Below the pieces are notes generated by a model, which ran no database searches, was not told the origin of the DNA, and saw nothing but the letters and a program-made list of their open reading frames with translations. From Octopus vulgaris (lineage: Eukaryota), in contig OX597825.1 in the NCBI GenBank assembly GCA_951406725.2, positions 65,472,001 through 65,536,000 of the forward strand: a stretch of DNA of 64,000 bases. The letters run 5' to 3'. Shown in pieces: positions 24,936 through 42,947 of the stretch (position 1 is its first letter; the number at the start of each line of letters is the position of its first letter). A program made the translations under genes and the position numbers.

Positions 24936-25544
24936 ATCTACGTCTGCTCAGCATTTAATGAAATAAACCAATGATTCAATAAGATCATTTACCAAAACAG
25001 TTAACACCTACCATGCTGCATCCCATGATTTCAATATACCCTGCTTGGCTCAGGTGGTTACATATTGTTTAACCCTTAACTGGGACCTGACAAAATGCTA
25101 TTACTTCAAATCAGAGAAGACATATGAACAATTTTGGCTAAGAAGTGGTTCCACACTACTCAAAACCCTGGAACTTCTGAATCAGGGCCCCATTATCCAA
25201 TACAGTTTAAAGTCATAACCAATACAAAATACATGCTTAATCAGATTTAATTATGTTAATGTTATGTTAATATATTCTTAAATCTACCAATGTAGCAGAT
25301 TTATGAAGACATTATTGATTTTTATTTAGTTCTCCTATTTCTTTATATATTTATGTTCATCTTATCAGACATTTTGTGTTGTTTTCTCCTCTTCTATTCT
25401 TTTTTACCTTTTTTTTTGTTCTGTATTTTTTTTTTATTTTGCTTTCTTTGATCTGCGATGTCCGTTCTTGTTTCATTGTTGTTGAAATGTTTTTTTGCCG
25501 TTGTTACAAAAATAAATATAATAAAAAAAAAACAATTCTGCTAT

Positions 25545-25916
25545 CAACAACACCATCTTCATCATCATCATCATCATCATCATTGTCGTTGTCATCATTG
25601 TTATCACTGTCATCAGATTCATAATCCTCACCATCACCACCATCATGATGCTGTTATCATCATCATCATCATCGTTGTTGTTGTCATCATCATTGACATT
25701 TTCAGCATCACCACCACCATCGTCATCGTTGTCATCATCATCATCATCATCATCTTCAGCACTATGACCACCATCACCATCAAAATGATCATCATCATTA
25801 ACATCATCATTATAATTATCAACAATATCATCTCAAATGACATCATTCTCATGAAACATCAATCACATCATCATCATCATCATCATTAACATCATCATCA
25901 TCATCATTGTCATCAT
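25545..25916. repeat. Cryptic (CAT)n/(CAC)n trinucleotide tract
   Basis: Directly visible. Confidence 0.9.
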
Positions 25917-26348
25917 TTTTAACTCCGTCAACATGTTAAACATAATAGTTCTTATAATAAATAGTGTTAGTAATAGAAGTAAGGCTTCCATAGGCTGGCA
26001 GAAACATATAAAGTGTTGGAGGGACAGAATTCATATGGAGGACCTTGTTATTAAAACTCCATGATAAGGGTTTCAAATCAGGTGTGATTGATTTACTTTG
26101 TATTGCTGCACAGGTGGGAAAGTAAATAACAGATTGTAGTGCAGTTGAGCTTCCATAGATAATATAACTGTAGGAATGTCATATTGGCTGTGGTGGCTTT
26201 GTACCATTACAATGAGCAATTTATTTTAGGAGTCCAAATATTATGACGGTTACTTTTTTTTATTTAACATAGACATTTTATAATATACATATATGTGTGC
26301 ATATGTATGCATATATATATAATAATATATGTGTATGTATATATATAT

Positions 26349-26762
26349 GTGGCTGTGTAGGAAGAAGCTTGCTTTCTAACCACATGGTTCCAGGTTCAGT
26401 TCCACTGTATGGCACCTTGGAGATGTGTCTTCTACTATAGCCTCAGACCAACCAAAGCCTTCTGAGTGGATTTGGTAGATGGAAACTGAAAGAAGCCTGT
26501 CGCATATATATATATGTGCATGTGTGTTTGTGTGTGTGTGCATATTTGGGTGTTTTTGTCTGTGTTTGTCCCTACACCATGGCTTCACAACCGATTTTGG
26601 TGTGTTTATGTCCTTGTAACTTAGCAGTTTGACAAACCAGACCAATAGAATAAGTACCAGGCTTACAAATTATAAGTTCCGGGGATGATTTCTTTGACTA
26701 AAAGGTGGTGCTCCAGCATGGACACAGACAAAATGACTGAAAGAAGTAAAAGAATAAAAGAA
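26349..26762 (+). mobile_element. SINE family A, full length
   Basis: Matches the consensus. Confidence 0.88.
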
Positions 26763-26819
26763 TATATATATACATATATCCACATATATATAGGTGTGTG
26801 TGTATGTAGGTATGTATGT

Positions 26820-26856
<37 letters not shown>

Positions 26857-26914
26857 GAGAGATATGAGGAGAGATTGATACATAGGTAGACTGATAGATA
26901 GATAGATGTATATA

Positions 26915-26953
<39 letters not shown>

Positions 26954-27160
26954 CCATACATATATACATATATAAAGAAAGAGAGGGAGAAAAAACATAC
27001 ATACATACATACGTACATACATACATACATACATACATACATACATACATACATACATACATACATACATCATACATACAAACATACATACATATAAACA
27101 TAGGGTTACATGCATAAATATGTATACATTTATATATGCAAAAATTCATAGACAGATATA

Positions 27161-28230
27161 CAGGGGTTCAACAAAATAATGGAAATATCTAGTTCAATGG
27201 AAGGTGTACTATTTACTACATAGTTGCTCTAAATTTGGCATCAGTCACAACTTTTAGTATGTCAAGGAATTGATTCATACATGTTGTGAACCATTGTTAA
27301 AGGAATTTCAAATCACTCTACATGTATAACCTGCATTAGATCATTCAGTAACAATGGCAGAGGGAAATGGCTGCAAGCTTGCTGCTCCAAAATGCATTAT
27401 AGATCTTGAATTATATTGAGGTCTGGTGATTATGGGGGGTCAATGCAATTAGTCTACTTCACTTTTGTGTTAAATAAATTTGGAATAACATTAGCCATAT
27501 GAACTGAAGCGTTAATATTCTGGAAGTGTGTGCTACCATCTTGAAACAATGTTTGTATCAAGACAGACATTATCAACCAAAATACCCAGATAATCCTTGG
27601 CATTAACTCTAACATGAAGAACGATTAAAGGGGCATGATAATTCCATAATATGGCTGCTCAAATCATTGCAAAACCACCTCCATGCTTCAGGATAGAGTC
27701 TAACAGTAAAGGTTAAAAGCTTCTTGGGTTTTTTCTAGCCTTATGCCCTAAGTTCGAAAAAGGAAGAATGAGGGATCATCAGAAGATATGACATTGTTCC
27801 ATTGAGCCATTAACCAATTCTGATAATCTAGGCACCATTTTTTACCAACTTAGCAGTGTTGATAGGGGACAAGAGAGGTTTTGCAATGGCACCTCTCCTA
27901 TTATATCAAGCTTTATGGAGCTCACAGTGAATAGTTTTGGCTGACAAAAGGTAGACAAGGTGAGGGTTTAGCTCTGCTATCAGTTTTGCTGCCATAATTT
28001 GATGGTCTTTAGATGGTTTTTATATTCCATTATTCAGTGCTATCTTTCAGTGAATTTTATCTTCAACCCATAATTATGCTTACCAAAATAGGCTTTACCT
28101 TGATTATGGAATGTCAACAGGATTTTAGAGACTTTTCCTTTTGAAACATTGAACAGCAGAGAATCTTTAGTGACTGAAGCACCAACCAGCTGTGCTTCAA
28201 ATTTGTCCACTTTGGAAATCAGACACATTG
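27161..28230 (-). mobile_element. Degenerate Tc1/mariner transposon, near-complete transposase relic with 3' TIR
   Basis: Minus-strand pieces in order: VSDFQSGQI, AQLVGASVTKDSLLFNVSKGKVSKILL, MAAKLIAELNPHL..SAKTIHCELHKA*YNRRGAIAKPLLS, QWNNVISSD, HGGGFAMI*AAI, QDGSTHTSR, PP*SPDLNIIQDL. TA|CAGGGGTTCAACAAAATAATGGAAA at 27159-27185 matches the TIR at 764-790. Confidence 0.85.
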
Positions 28231-28399
28231 ATAATATTAATGTATTTAAATATAAATATCTGCAAAATAAGAAGGAAGGCAGTCTCTGTTATGAAATATA
28301 AGAAATACATAGTGCATATGAAGACGTATATATATACAGAGAAGAAGAATTTTGAATTTGTCATATTGCCATAGATAAATAGAAAGTGATGTTTCCATT

Positions 28400-32290
<3,891 letters not shown>

Positions 32291-33206
32291 TAAGAGAAAC
32301 CATTTGGATTGCACAGTACAGCAAAAATGAATAATGATAAATCAAATAACATATAAGAAGAATTCTTGACTAATTGTCTTTATCTCCACTTCAAAACATG
32401 GTACACAGATCCCTTGGTGACAATTGGTACCTTCTCCATATGAGGAGATATCCTCAGGAATCAAAAACTCTCTGAAACTAAAATGACATTAAGGGGAAGA
32501 CTGTATATTTGGCTGAAGAGAAGAGGATAGCTGGCTGTACATGTTTCTACTTCAATAAACATCATCAGCACAGTGATTATCCTAACTTATCTTCAGCTTA
32601 TAAAACACTTTGTATGACTTGCATGCATGCATTCATACATACATACATACATACATAAACACATACATACATACATATATTCATCCATATATAGGTACAT
32701 ACATACAACTTTTGTGTATACATAATAAAATATCAAGGAAAATATTTAAACAGGTATAATCAGTTATAATCACATTTAAATTGATGGTAAAGACGTATAC
32801 AAACTTGTCATGTCCTCTTTTACATACTATTACAATCGTTTTTTCTTCCACTCATAATATATTTTCATTATGTGGTTATATTTCGTCATTTCACACGCAG
32901 CTTTTTAATAGTTACTAACTATTTTAAATGCCTGCTAGTAATTTAGTTCAAGCTTTCATATTTTTTAACACTAAGTGTAAGTGTGTCTATAAAGTTACAA
33001 ATTCAATTACATATGTATGCATACGCACATACATGTGCATGCTTGCACAAAACCATACACACACATGCAAAAATCACATGCATATATACATATATATATA
33101 TCTATATCTATATAAATATATATATGCATATATATAAATATATATGCATGTATAAATATATATATATACGTATATACATATATATATATACGTATATACA
33201 TACATA

Positions 33207-33248
<42 letters not shown>

Positions 33249-33249
<1 letters not shown>

Positions 33250-33643
33250 GTGGCCGTGTGGTAAGTGGCTTGCTAACCAACCACATGGTTCCGGGTTCAG
33301 TCCCACTGCGTGGCATCTTGGGCAAGTGTCTTCTGCTATAGCCCCGGGCCGACCAATGCCTTGTGAGTGGATTTGGTAGACAGAAACTGAAAGAAGCCCG
33401 TCGTATATATGTATATATATATATAAGTGTGTGTGTATATGTTTGTGTGTCTGTGTTTGTCCCCCTAGCATTGCTTGACAACCGATGCTGGTGTGTTTAC
33501 GTCTCGTCACTTAGCGGTTCTTCAATAGAGACCGATAGAATAAGTACTGGGCTTACAAAGAATAAGTCCCGGGGTCGATTTGCTCGACTAAAGGCAGTGC
33601 TCCAGCATGGCCACAGTCAAATGACTGAAACAAGTAAAAGAGT
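33249..33643 (+). mobile_element. SINE family A, full length, close to consensus
   Basis: Retains many CpGs (CCGGG, GCCCGTCG, ACCGATG). Confidence 0.92.
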
Positions 33644-33905
33644 ATATAAATATATATATTTATATGTATGTATTTATATATATATAAATATATATATTTA
33701 TATGTATATATTTATATATATACATATATATATAAATATATATATATTTATATACATATAAATATATATATTTATATGTATGTATTTATGTATATATGTA
33801 TATATTATAGCTATCAGTAGATATATATTTATATAGCTATATGCATGAACATATGTATGTATGTATGTATATATAGAAAGATGGATAGATAGATAGGCAG
33901 ATAGG

Positions 33906-33939
<34 letters not shown>

Positions 33940-34420
33940 TAGATATCATCATCATCATCATTTCATCATTTAACATTTTCTTTTTTTATGTGGTGTGTCT
34001 ATATTTGTTATATATACACATATATAAATAATTGTACTTACATATATATATATGTATGTAGATATATACACACATGCATTCATATAACTTATATTTTATT
34101 GTAGTTTATTTTTTTATTCCGCCTCTTTTCTTACTTACTAATCTATGTTTCTTATATATATATATCAATTGTTACAATGTGTTTCTTTTGGTCACGTGTT
34201 ATCTTTAAATACAGGTTTCAATGCACTTACATAATTAAATATACATATACATATATAGATCTTTCATTGTTTTTCCCTTATACCTATGTGAGTTATTTTT
34301 CTGAGTATGCATTGTCTGGAGACTTTTATTTGCAGTTGAAGAAATAGCCAAATTTTTGGCTGCTATTTCTGAAAAGTTCGGTGTGTGGTAAAGTGAATTC
34401 TTTTACTTTACCATATTTTT

Positions 34421-34482
<62 letters not shown>

Positions 34483-35399
34483 CATTACATGAATATAAAT
34501 ATATCGATATTGAGGGTGACAGAAAACAAGGGAATTTCTAGTAGGTGTATAATAAATGTATGTAAAAATTACAAGTAAATTACAAGCATTCATAGTTCTT
34601 GAATTAAATTTTAAAAACTGATTTGATTTTGGATGGATGCAATAGTTAAGGATTAGATTAAAAATTCAAGATTAAACTAAAAATGACTATTTAGTATGTT
34701 ACCCAAGATGTAATTTAAGTAGGAGATGAGAGAATCCACAAGAAGAGAATGCGAACATTAGTATAAGTTAGACCTAGGTAAATTAATTCTGCAGGATTTT
34801 AGTGTGCAAATTTAAGAACGTTTTATTAAATAAGTGTGAACAGCAGATTGATAACTCAATATATTTATTAAATAGTTTGGATTTACAATTGAGAATTTTC
34901 AGTGCCTCCGCTGTGCACAAATTACAGCTGCTCCATTTGTTATGAAGAGCACATTCTATAAGAAGCTATGAAATGGAGTAGTCTTTACTTCTCCCTTTTA
35001 GATTCCAGATACCTTAGCCAATAAAGAGCAGTTTTCTTTACTTTTGTATTTAAAAGAACAAATATGGTTAGGAATTCTGATTTGAATTTCGAAATGACAC
35101 CATCTATTTGATGATAGATGTACAGATATTTTGACTGGGCACTTCTGTATTAGACTATTCTTTAGACATTATCCAAAGAGCATATATTACAGTATCTACA
35201 GTCATACACTCTATGGAACTCAGGCAACTTTTCCAGAAACATGTGAGATGTGCACGAGTTCTATAAACAAACCCATTGAAAGATTTGACTCATGATATGT
35301 AACTATCTAGTCACTTTTACCTTCATATGCACTTTTTGTTGCAGCCTATAAATATATACATGTGTGTATACATACATACATACATATATATATATATAT

Positions 35400-35517
35400 A
35401 TTGATAAAAACGGTAAGATAACAAAAGAAAGAAAGAGACCTCGATATTATGTAAATAGAGGAATTTATCTGTAAATGTAATATGTGACAATAATTCGGTA
35501 GCCAAGATAAAACTCTG

Positions 35518-35522
<5 letters not shown>
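35400..35522. mobile_element. Short repeat fragment in (TA)n, same family as 4430-4510
   Basis: ATCTGTAAAT.TAATATGTGACAAT.ATTCGGTAGCCA.GATAAAACTC is shared. Confidence 0.6.
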
Positions 35523-35549
<27 letters not shown>

Positions 35550-35653
35550 AGCACAAATCATATCATATCACACAAGACATATTGTTGTCCCTCCTTTTAA
35601 GTAACTTGTAGCCACCAGAAGAGAAAAACCATTCAGCAGGGCAGTTAATTTAA

Positions 35654-35872
35654 TCCCCTTGGGACTCCAAGGCTGATTGATCAGTCCAAGTGATACAAGC
35701 TGAAAGGACTTTGAGGTCGATCCATCGGCCCAGTGAAACAAATGTAGTGAATGGCTGGTTTTGGTGTGTAATAGCTAATCAGAGATCGTCTTTCAAAAGA
35801 TGTATCGCAATAGAAAAAAAATACTTGGTCTTTTTGGCTACACATACCAAAACACTGTGTGTCTCAAAAGGG
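35654..35872. mobile_element. Possible TTAA-type MITE
   Basis: TTAA flanks; imperfect TIRs TCCCCTTGGGAC / GTCTCAAAAGGG. Confidence 0.45.
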
Positions 35873-35894
35873 TTAAGGACATAGGCAAAACACC

Positions 35895-35989
35895 AATTTT
35901 TCCCTCCTTGTCTCATTTTCAGATGAAGGGCAAGGCTCACAAAATTTTCCCTTCTTGTCTCATTTTCCGATGAAGGGCAAGGCTCACAA
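35895..35989. repeat. ~47-bp tandem duplication
   Basis: AATTTT(T)CCCT.CTTGTCTCATTTTC.GATGAAGGGCAAGGCTCACAA twice. Confidence 0.9.
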
Positions 35990-36956
35990 CATTAGACTTT
36001 CGAATGATGCTTACCTATTTTGAATTTTCCTGTTTCACACGTTTACCAAACATAATTTTTGAAGATCTTAGTGATGGTTTCTTTTAGATTCTAAGCTGCC
36101 TTTTAGATAACTGTTGGTTGTTGTTAGTGTGAATGCAACTCATTGAAAGTCTCAAAATAAATTTTCTTTGCTCGCATTTTGACATCAGCTCTTACTTTCT
36201 ATTAAGTATTTAATTTTTGCTAACAATCCATATTTCTTTAGTAAGATTATATTATTTGGCATCTCTATTATATGGTATAGCAGGATATTCACCGTTTTAT
36301 TTTGATAATCAAACATTTTTTCAATAAAACACTCATTTTTTTTTCTACATATATAGATTGAATATACTGATGGTGTATAGTGTGTCATAACAACTTCAAT
36401 ATTTGTTTTCAATCAGACTTATATACTCCTTCTTGCCAACATTTTCTTTACCATAATATATCAGAGACAATGCCTCATTTTCCCAAAATATGCCTCGAAG
36501 GGAACATCAGTTTGAGCTGCTATTTACATAGTTGTACTCTAAGAAGGACTATTCTATAAATATCCTAATATTGTTGTCAGGGATCACGTTCTCGCATTTG
36601 ACATGCAGAAAAAAAACTAACCTACAACACTTTATATAACACTGTATAGTATTTATACATTGTTCGACAAAAGTTTTCAGTAGAAATAACTTAAAGGTTA
36701 TTTGTATTCCTATTTCGATATCTATCATGTATGGTGGGTTCATTTCAATGGGGTTTCGTTAAAGGTTTCTGTAGCATTCATAGAAAAAAAAAAAAACCAA
36801 GCCACTTGTAATATTTTTATGAAAATCTGAGAAGCAACAAAAAGGAAATTGATTTTTATGTGCATATGCACCCCTTTGTAAGACTTTTCGTGAGAATATG
36901 TACAAATACTTAAGCGTATGTTTGCGTGGGTGCTTATATATTTGGGAAGATTTAGG

Positions 36957-36990
<34 letters not shown>

Positions 36991-37039
36991 TATATATGCA
37001 TATATATTTATATATGTGTGTGTATATATATATGTATAT

Positions 37040-37085
<46 letters not shown>

Positions 37086-37294
37086 GTGTGTATATATATA
37101 TATATATGTATATGTTTATATATATACATGTGTGTGTGTGTGTGTGTGTGCGTGTGCATGTGTGTATGTATGCATATATGCACACAGAGAGAAGGGGAGA
37201 AAGAGAGTAACTAGTAATTACAGTCAAGGAAGAATCACTCTCTTATCAGCCGTTGACTGGTAAATCACATGTATTTCAACACTTTTTGATAGGA

Positions 37295-37363
<69 letters not shown>

Positions 37364-37815
37364 TGTGTGTCTTTGTTCCATTCCTTTGTCAATTTCTCTT
37401 CTATTACCACCTTCTAGCTAGCAATAGGCCATTTTTATTCTTAAGAAAATTAAATATTCATTATTTAATATAAACCAGTGAGTGAAAATTTAAATCCAAG
37501 TTTAAGTATTCTGTATTCTCTTCATGAGAGGAATTTTTTTGCCTACTATCATCTGTATTAATCTTCAATGTAAACCATAAAATGAAGGTTCAAATCTTAT
37601 TGAAGATAACTATTCCTTATTGTTACTCTATTTTGTGTTTTATCACATAAGGACTCACATTCTTATATCATCTGTATCTTGATATCTGATCAGTACAAGT
37701 CATAGGCATGATATTACTGAATTTTAGTCATATTTAAGTTTGACAAAGTCATGTATATAATATAGATCTATTGTAAATAAGAATCTATGTAGAGAAAGTG
37801 AACAATGATATTCTT

Positions 37816-38170
37816 CATTATTTACATTATTTACATTATTTACATTTGACAGACATTTGTCCTGATCTTGTTTGTTGTTAACACGTTTCGGCAGATATAC
37901 CCTCCAGCCTTCTTTAGGTGTCTTGGGGAAATTTCGAACCTGGGTTCTCATTCCTAAGGTATTTTTCGATGTTATTATTATTATTATTATCATTATTGTT
38001 GTTGTTGTTCAGATCACTGTTTGGAATCGAACTCGGAATCTTGAAGTTAGTAGCCCGTGCTCTTAACCACTACGTCATATGACCATGGGCAACAAACAAG
38101 ATGCGGACAAAAATCTGTTGAATGTAAATAATGTAAATAATGTACATAATTCCTCATCTCTTAAACATAG
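37816..38170 (-). mobile_element. TSD-flanked composite: tRNA-like head, (AAC/AAT)n spacer, hammerhead-like Penelope-type tail, terminal inversion
   Basis: 14-bp TSD ACAATGATATTCTT (37802-37815, 38171-38184); A box TGACGTAGTGG and B box GAGTTCGATTCC at ~38014-38085 (-); inverted arms ~37826-37877 and 38090-38145. Confidence 0.7.
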
Positions 38171-38385
38171 ACAATGATATTCTTGAATATCACCCTAGAT
38201 ATGTTGAATAATATTCAACTTTTTTTCAGTGAAAAATTCATTCAAATTTATGTTTAACTTGGTAAGGATGGAACCATAAGTTGTCGTTCTGTAGAATTAT
38301 TTTTACCATGTAGCCAGGTCCCATTTCTTACTTTTAATCAATGAGAAATAATAATGACTGTAATAATAATGGCTAATAATGACTG

Positions 38386-38726
38386 TGAAGGTGCATGGCT
38401 TAGTGGTTAGGGGTATTCGGCTCACAATTTCAAGGTTGTGAGTTCAATTACAACTGACACGTTCTGTCCTCCAGCATAATACTTTACTGTACATTGCTCC
38501 AGTCCATTCAGCTGGCAAAGATGAGTAGTATCTGTATTTCAAAGGGCCTGCGGTGTCACACACTGTGTCATGCTGAATCTCCCTGAGAACTACATAATAA
38601 TTACACGTCTGTGGAGCCCTCAGACATATGCACATTAATTTCACGAGCAGGCTGTTCCGTTGATTGAATCAACAAGAACTCCAGTCATTGTAACCTATGG
38701 AGTGCCTGTTCAAAAAAAAAATATTA
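38386..38726 (+). mobile_element. tRNA-derived SINE family E with A tail and 12-bp TSD
   Basis: TGGCTTAGTGG A box, GAGTTCAATT B box, TTGCTCCAGTCCATTCAGCTG core; TSD TAATAATGACTG at 38374-38385 and 38727-38738. Confidence 0.8.
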
Positions 38727-38767
38727 TAATAATGACTGCCATCATACTTTTAATTCCTGATGCGGAA

Positions 38768-38885
38768 TCATCATCATCATCATCATCGTTTAACGTCCAC
38801 TTTCCATGCTAGCATGGGTTGGACGGTTCAACTGGGGTCTGGGAAGTCAGAAGGCTGCACCAGGCCCAGTCTGATCTGGCAGTGT
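38768..38885 (-). mobile_element. Family C 3' fragment
   Basis: Reverse complement of 3060-3166. Confidence 0.85.
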
Positions 38886-39413
38886 GGTTTTACTTTTTAT
38901 TTTTGTTGGTAAGGATTTTTTAAAATCTTTCAATGCTTTCTTTTACTCTTTCATTCTCCTATTGTCTTTTGTCAAACTGAATAGCTAACTATACCGTCAT
39001 AGGTGTTGGGGAGTGATTCTATATTGTTCAATATAAGGGTTTAAATTGAAGTTCTATCAAATGTTCATGAATTCTTTTGACATCATCAATACATGACATT
39101 GTTTCTCTTATTCCTGATCTGATTATTGGCTGTTGATATTTTCCTTTTCATTGTAGGAGGAGAAACGATGGAAATAATATTGATTCTGATTTTATATTTA
39201 TCATTGGCCGTTGTATTTTGTCAGATAGATCACAAATTAAAGGGTTCTAGGGTCTTGCCAATTCTGAAATAGTTAGATGGCTGTCTCCTGTTTTGTGTTT
39301 GCATTTTTATCTTTTACCTTTTTAATCTAGAAGTCATTCCTCATTGTTCAGAACTATGATTAAAGACTGTTCAGCCATGATCATCCAGTGATTGCATGTG
39401 CACACACACACGC

Positions 39414-39470
<57 letters not shown>

Positions 39471-40132
39471 TGTGTAAAAGTTTGAATAATCAACCATCCA
39501 ATGATGGCAAATAATAATTTTTTATATTGTTAATTTTGTCTGAAGACCTGACATTTCAGAGCAATTATGCGTTCATCTACATAACAATTCCCACACATCG
39601 TAGTATTTGCGTAGTGGAACACATGTAAAGCTTATGCAATTTATGAAGTTAAAATAAAAGGATAAACTCACCCATTTTAAAATGTGATAATAGAATGTAT
39701 GTTGAGGGAGTTCAGGATGCTTTTTCCAGCAAAACTGGTGACCACATAGAGGCTTCCATGTTAACTCAGATTAGTTTATTACAAGGGCTTATTCTCTGTT
39801 TTGTGGGTTTTGTGGTGGGTGTGTGCTAGACTCTTGATGGGGGCACTATCATAATTTGTGATGTATCTTAGACATTTTCAACCTGGTGGAACCCATACCT
39901 CTCAGGGTACAAATGCTGTCAGTTTCTTCTATAAAAGGGAGGGAGGAGAAGAAGAAGAAAAAGGAGAAGATGAGCTGGCATCACCACTAACACTATCACA
40001 CTTTCCACACTTGGCTAGTATTTTATTTTTCAACCTCAAAAGAATCGACAACCATGTTGGCTTCAACAAGATTTGAACTGAGAGCACAGACAGCTACAAC
40101 AATACCATATCCCATTCCATCCAACACCTTAA

Positions 40133-40354
40133 CCCTTTTGTTACCGTATTTGTTTTGAGAAGCTTTGTGTTTCTTTCACTTAATTTTAAATATAACAAAG
40201 AATTTAATAAGATAACTTAGTGATCATTAAGTTTGTGTTAGGAACATAATTTGCGACTAAGGTTTGGTGGAAGATTTTCATTCAGAATATATGAAAACAA
40301 GACATTTGTACTAAAGAGTCAGAGGTGGTTTTAGACGGGTTGATATCGAAAGGG
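40133..40354. mobile_element. piggyBac-like MITE (same family as 3930-4149), inserted in an old family B SINE
   Basis: TTAA flanks at 40129-40132 and 40355-40358; CCCTTT/AAAGGG termini; host SINE (~39975-40128) resumes at 40359. Confidence 0.85.
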
Positions 40355-41143
40355 TTAAGGATTCTACCAACTTGCTATCTATATCATTAAGCATTCTAGT
40401 TTGGGGGTTGGGTTGGGTGAGGTGGGGAGGCAGGAGAATTCTGTGTAATATCGACATATCAGTAACTAATAGCTTAGCATTAGTTTCAGTTGTATCCTTT
40501 GTAATATAATACATCTCAATAGCTCCTTATTGCAGATGCATAGTCAGACAACAAATAAACGTTGTACATGTATGTCCACCTCAACATATCGAGTCATGAA
40601 CAAGTTTACAAAAGAAACTCTTAATCACATTAATAATTAAATCTTTATTCAACAGCTTGAAAGCTTATGATTTGTTATTAGATTTAAGATTTAAAATATT
40701 TTTTTGTACATTTGCTGTTTATTATTGATGCTGGTTCCTGATTAAATTCTGTGCATGTTATGTAATGTTTGTTTAGTCTTTCTTTATAGCATTTTAATCA
40801 ATGTCAAACCAGCATGTTTTTGTTTTTTTTTCCTTTCAAGCATTACACTTTACTATATATTGTAAAGAGTGTTTGTTATTACTAGGTGTTATGGTGATTG
40901 AATTTTTTTACATTCAATTCTGTTTTCTATTGATATATAGCTTCAGCTACTAAATTATTAGTGTAATCATTATTGCCATCTCTCTGTTTATTTCTATTGA
41001 TTTTTTTTTTTTATGTAGCAATTGTTTTCTAAGACAAATTTTTTATTAAAAAAAAAAAGCTTTTATAAGAAAGTTAATACTGGACTATCGTGTATTTTGA
41101 ATAATGTATATATTTGGTATATAAATACTTATTTTTCTCTTTA

Positions 41144-41174
<31 letters not shown>

Positions 41175-42113
41175 TACATATATATATATATTACAATATA
41201 TATTACATATATGAGCTTACATATATATATATATATCTTTATAAATACATGTGTGTATTATCCATGTACATATATACAAGTATAGTTAAACACACAGACG
41301 CACACACACACACATGCATATTTATATACATATTTACAAGTGTGTAGTATATATATAAATGCATGTATATATACATACATACACAAACATATATATGAAT
41401 ATGTATGTCTTTATGTATTGGCTGATTGAATGGTACTGCCCAGGTGTCAAAACCATAGTGATATCCATGGGGCAGCTGATGATGGAGGTGTGTTGGATTG
41501 TTGGTATGGCTGTTATTGTATGCACGGAATAGTCTTACAAGACATCCATTTGATGTGTGTGTGTGTGTGTGTGTATGCATGTATATACATATATTTATAC
41601 ATATATATATGCAAAGTTGCATTCCCTCGCGTTCAGTACAATGTCTTTATTTATTATGGTAGTTTTGACTTTAAGAGTCCCTCCTAGCATGAAGCATTTA
41701 TGTATAGTAATGCCCTTAATATAAATACAATAAATATACATATATATGTATAGATTTTACAACAACTTTTCTCACATTCTAAGCCCATTATATCAAAGAG
41801 AGACCAATCCAGTGTTCAAGTTTCATATTTTCTATTAAAAATTATTCATTTTTTTTTACCAATAGTCTTTTATGATAGCATTGAAGCTATAGCAGTCTAT
41901 TCCAAGTTTTATAAGTTTAATAACATTTGAAGACCTTCGTCTTATCAAGGAAGGGATGATAGTGATGTGTTGTTGATGCGTTCTATTGTTGGCAGCAAGT
42001 AATCTCAAGAATGATGACTTAAGTGATAAAATCGTCATCAGAAGATTGAAAATTCCTTAACATTTAACATTTGATTACATTCATTGTTTATTTTTCCCTG
42101 TGCTACATTATGT

Positions 42114-42159
<46 letters not shown>

Positions 42160-42240
42160 TCACGTGCACGCGTGTGTGTGTGTTTTGTAGTTTGCAGTTA
42201 ATAAATCTTCCCTAGTTAATCTATTTTATCATTGGTCAAT

Positions 42241-42311
<71 letters not shown>

Positions 42312-42376
42312 ATATGTATATATATATGTATATGTATATATATATGTGTGTGTATATATATGTATATATATATATA

Positions 42377-42412
<36 letters not shown>

Positions 42413-42461
42413 TATACAAATATATGTGTGTGTGTGCGTGTATGTATGTGTATATATCTAT

Positions 42462-42506
<45 letters not shown>

Positions 42507-42947
42507 AATATGTATATATTTCCCTGACATACATACGGTTTTTCCCTTAAGTATGGCGTTATCTATTATGATATATAGTAAGTGTAAAATGTCATGACAT
42601 AAAACATATAAAACTTTTCGACATTTTTAAACCAACAATATATCCTAATAGATAAGACTATTCTTAACAGAATCTTACTTCATAATTTTCTCCAATATAT
42701 TCTTCCCTCTGACCATACTGAACCACTTAAATAATTCCTCACATTATGCAAATGTCTATTTCCTTCCCTGTTACGGCTCCTGGCAATATCTATCTTCTTT
42801 CTTGTAAATTAAGTCAAACTTTTTAATTCCTTAATTATCATCATCCTTTTCTTTATTTCTTATAGATATATTTTATACCATATTTGTAACTTTTTACACT
42901 AATACACAGAAATGTTCATAAAGAAGTTTGCATATAATTCCATTATA

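Noticed and set aside
25458-25889. Poly-His/poly-Ile ORF (similarly 56230-56752 and 58402-58695)
   Set aside because: Trinucleotide repeats open in several frames; no splice or domain support
790-27161. Composite transposon bounded by the two Tc1 TIRs
   Set aside because: The intervening DNA lies outside both elements, which are independent insertions of different age
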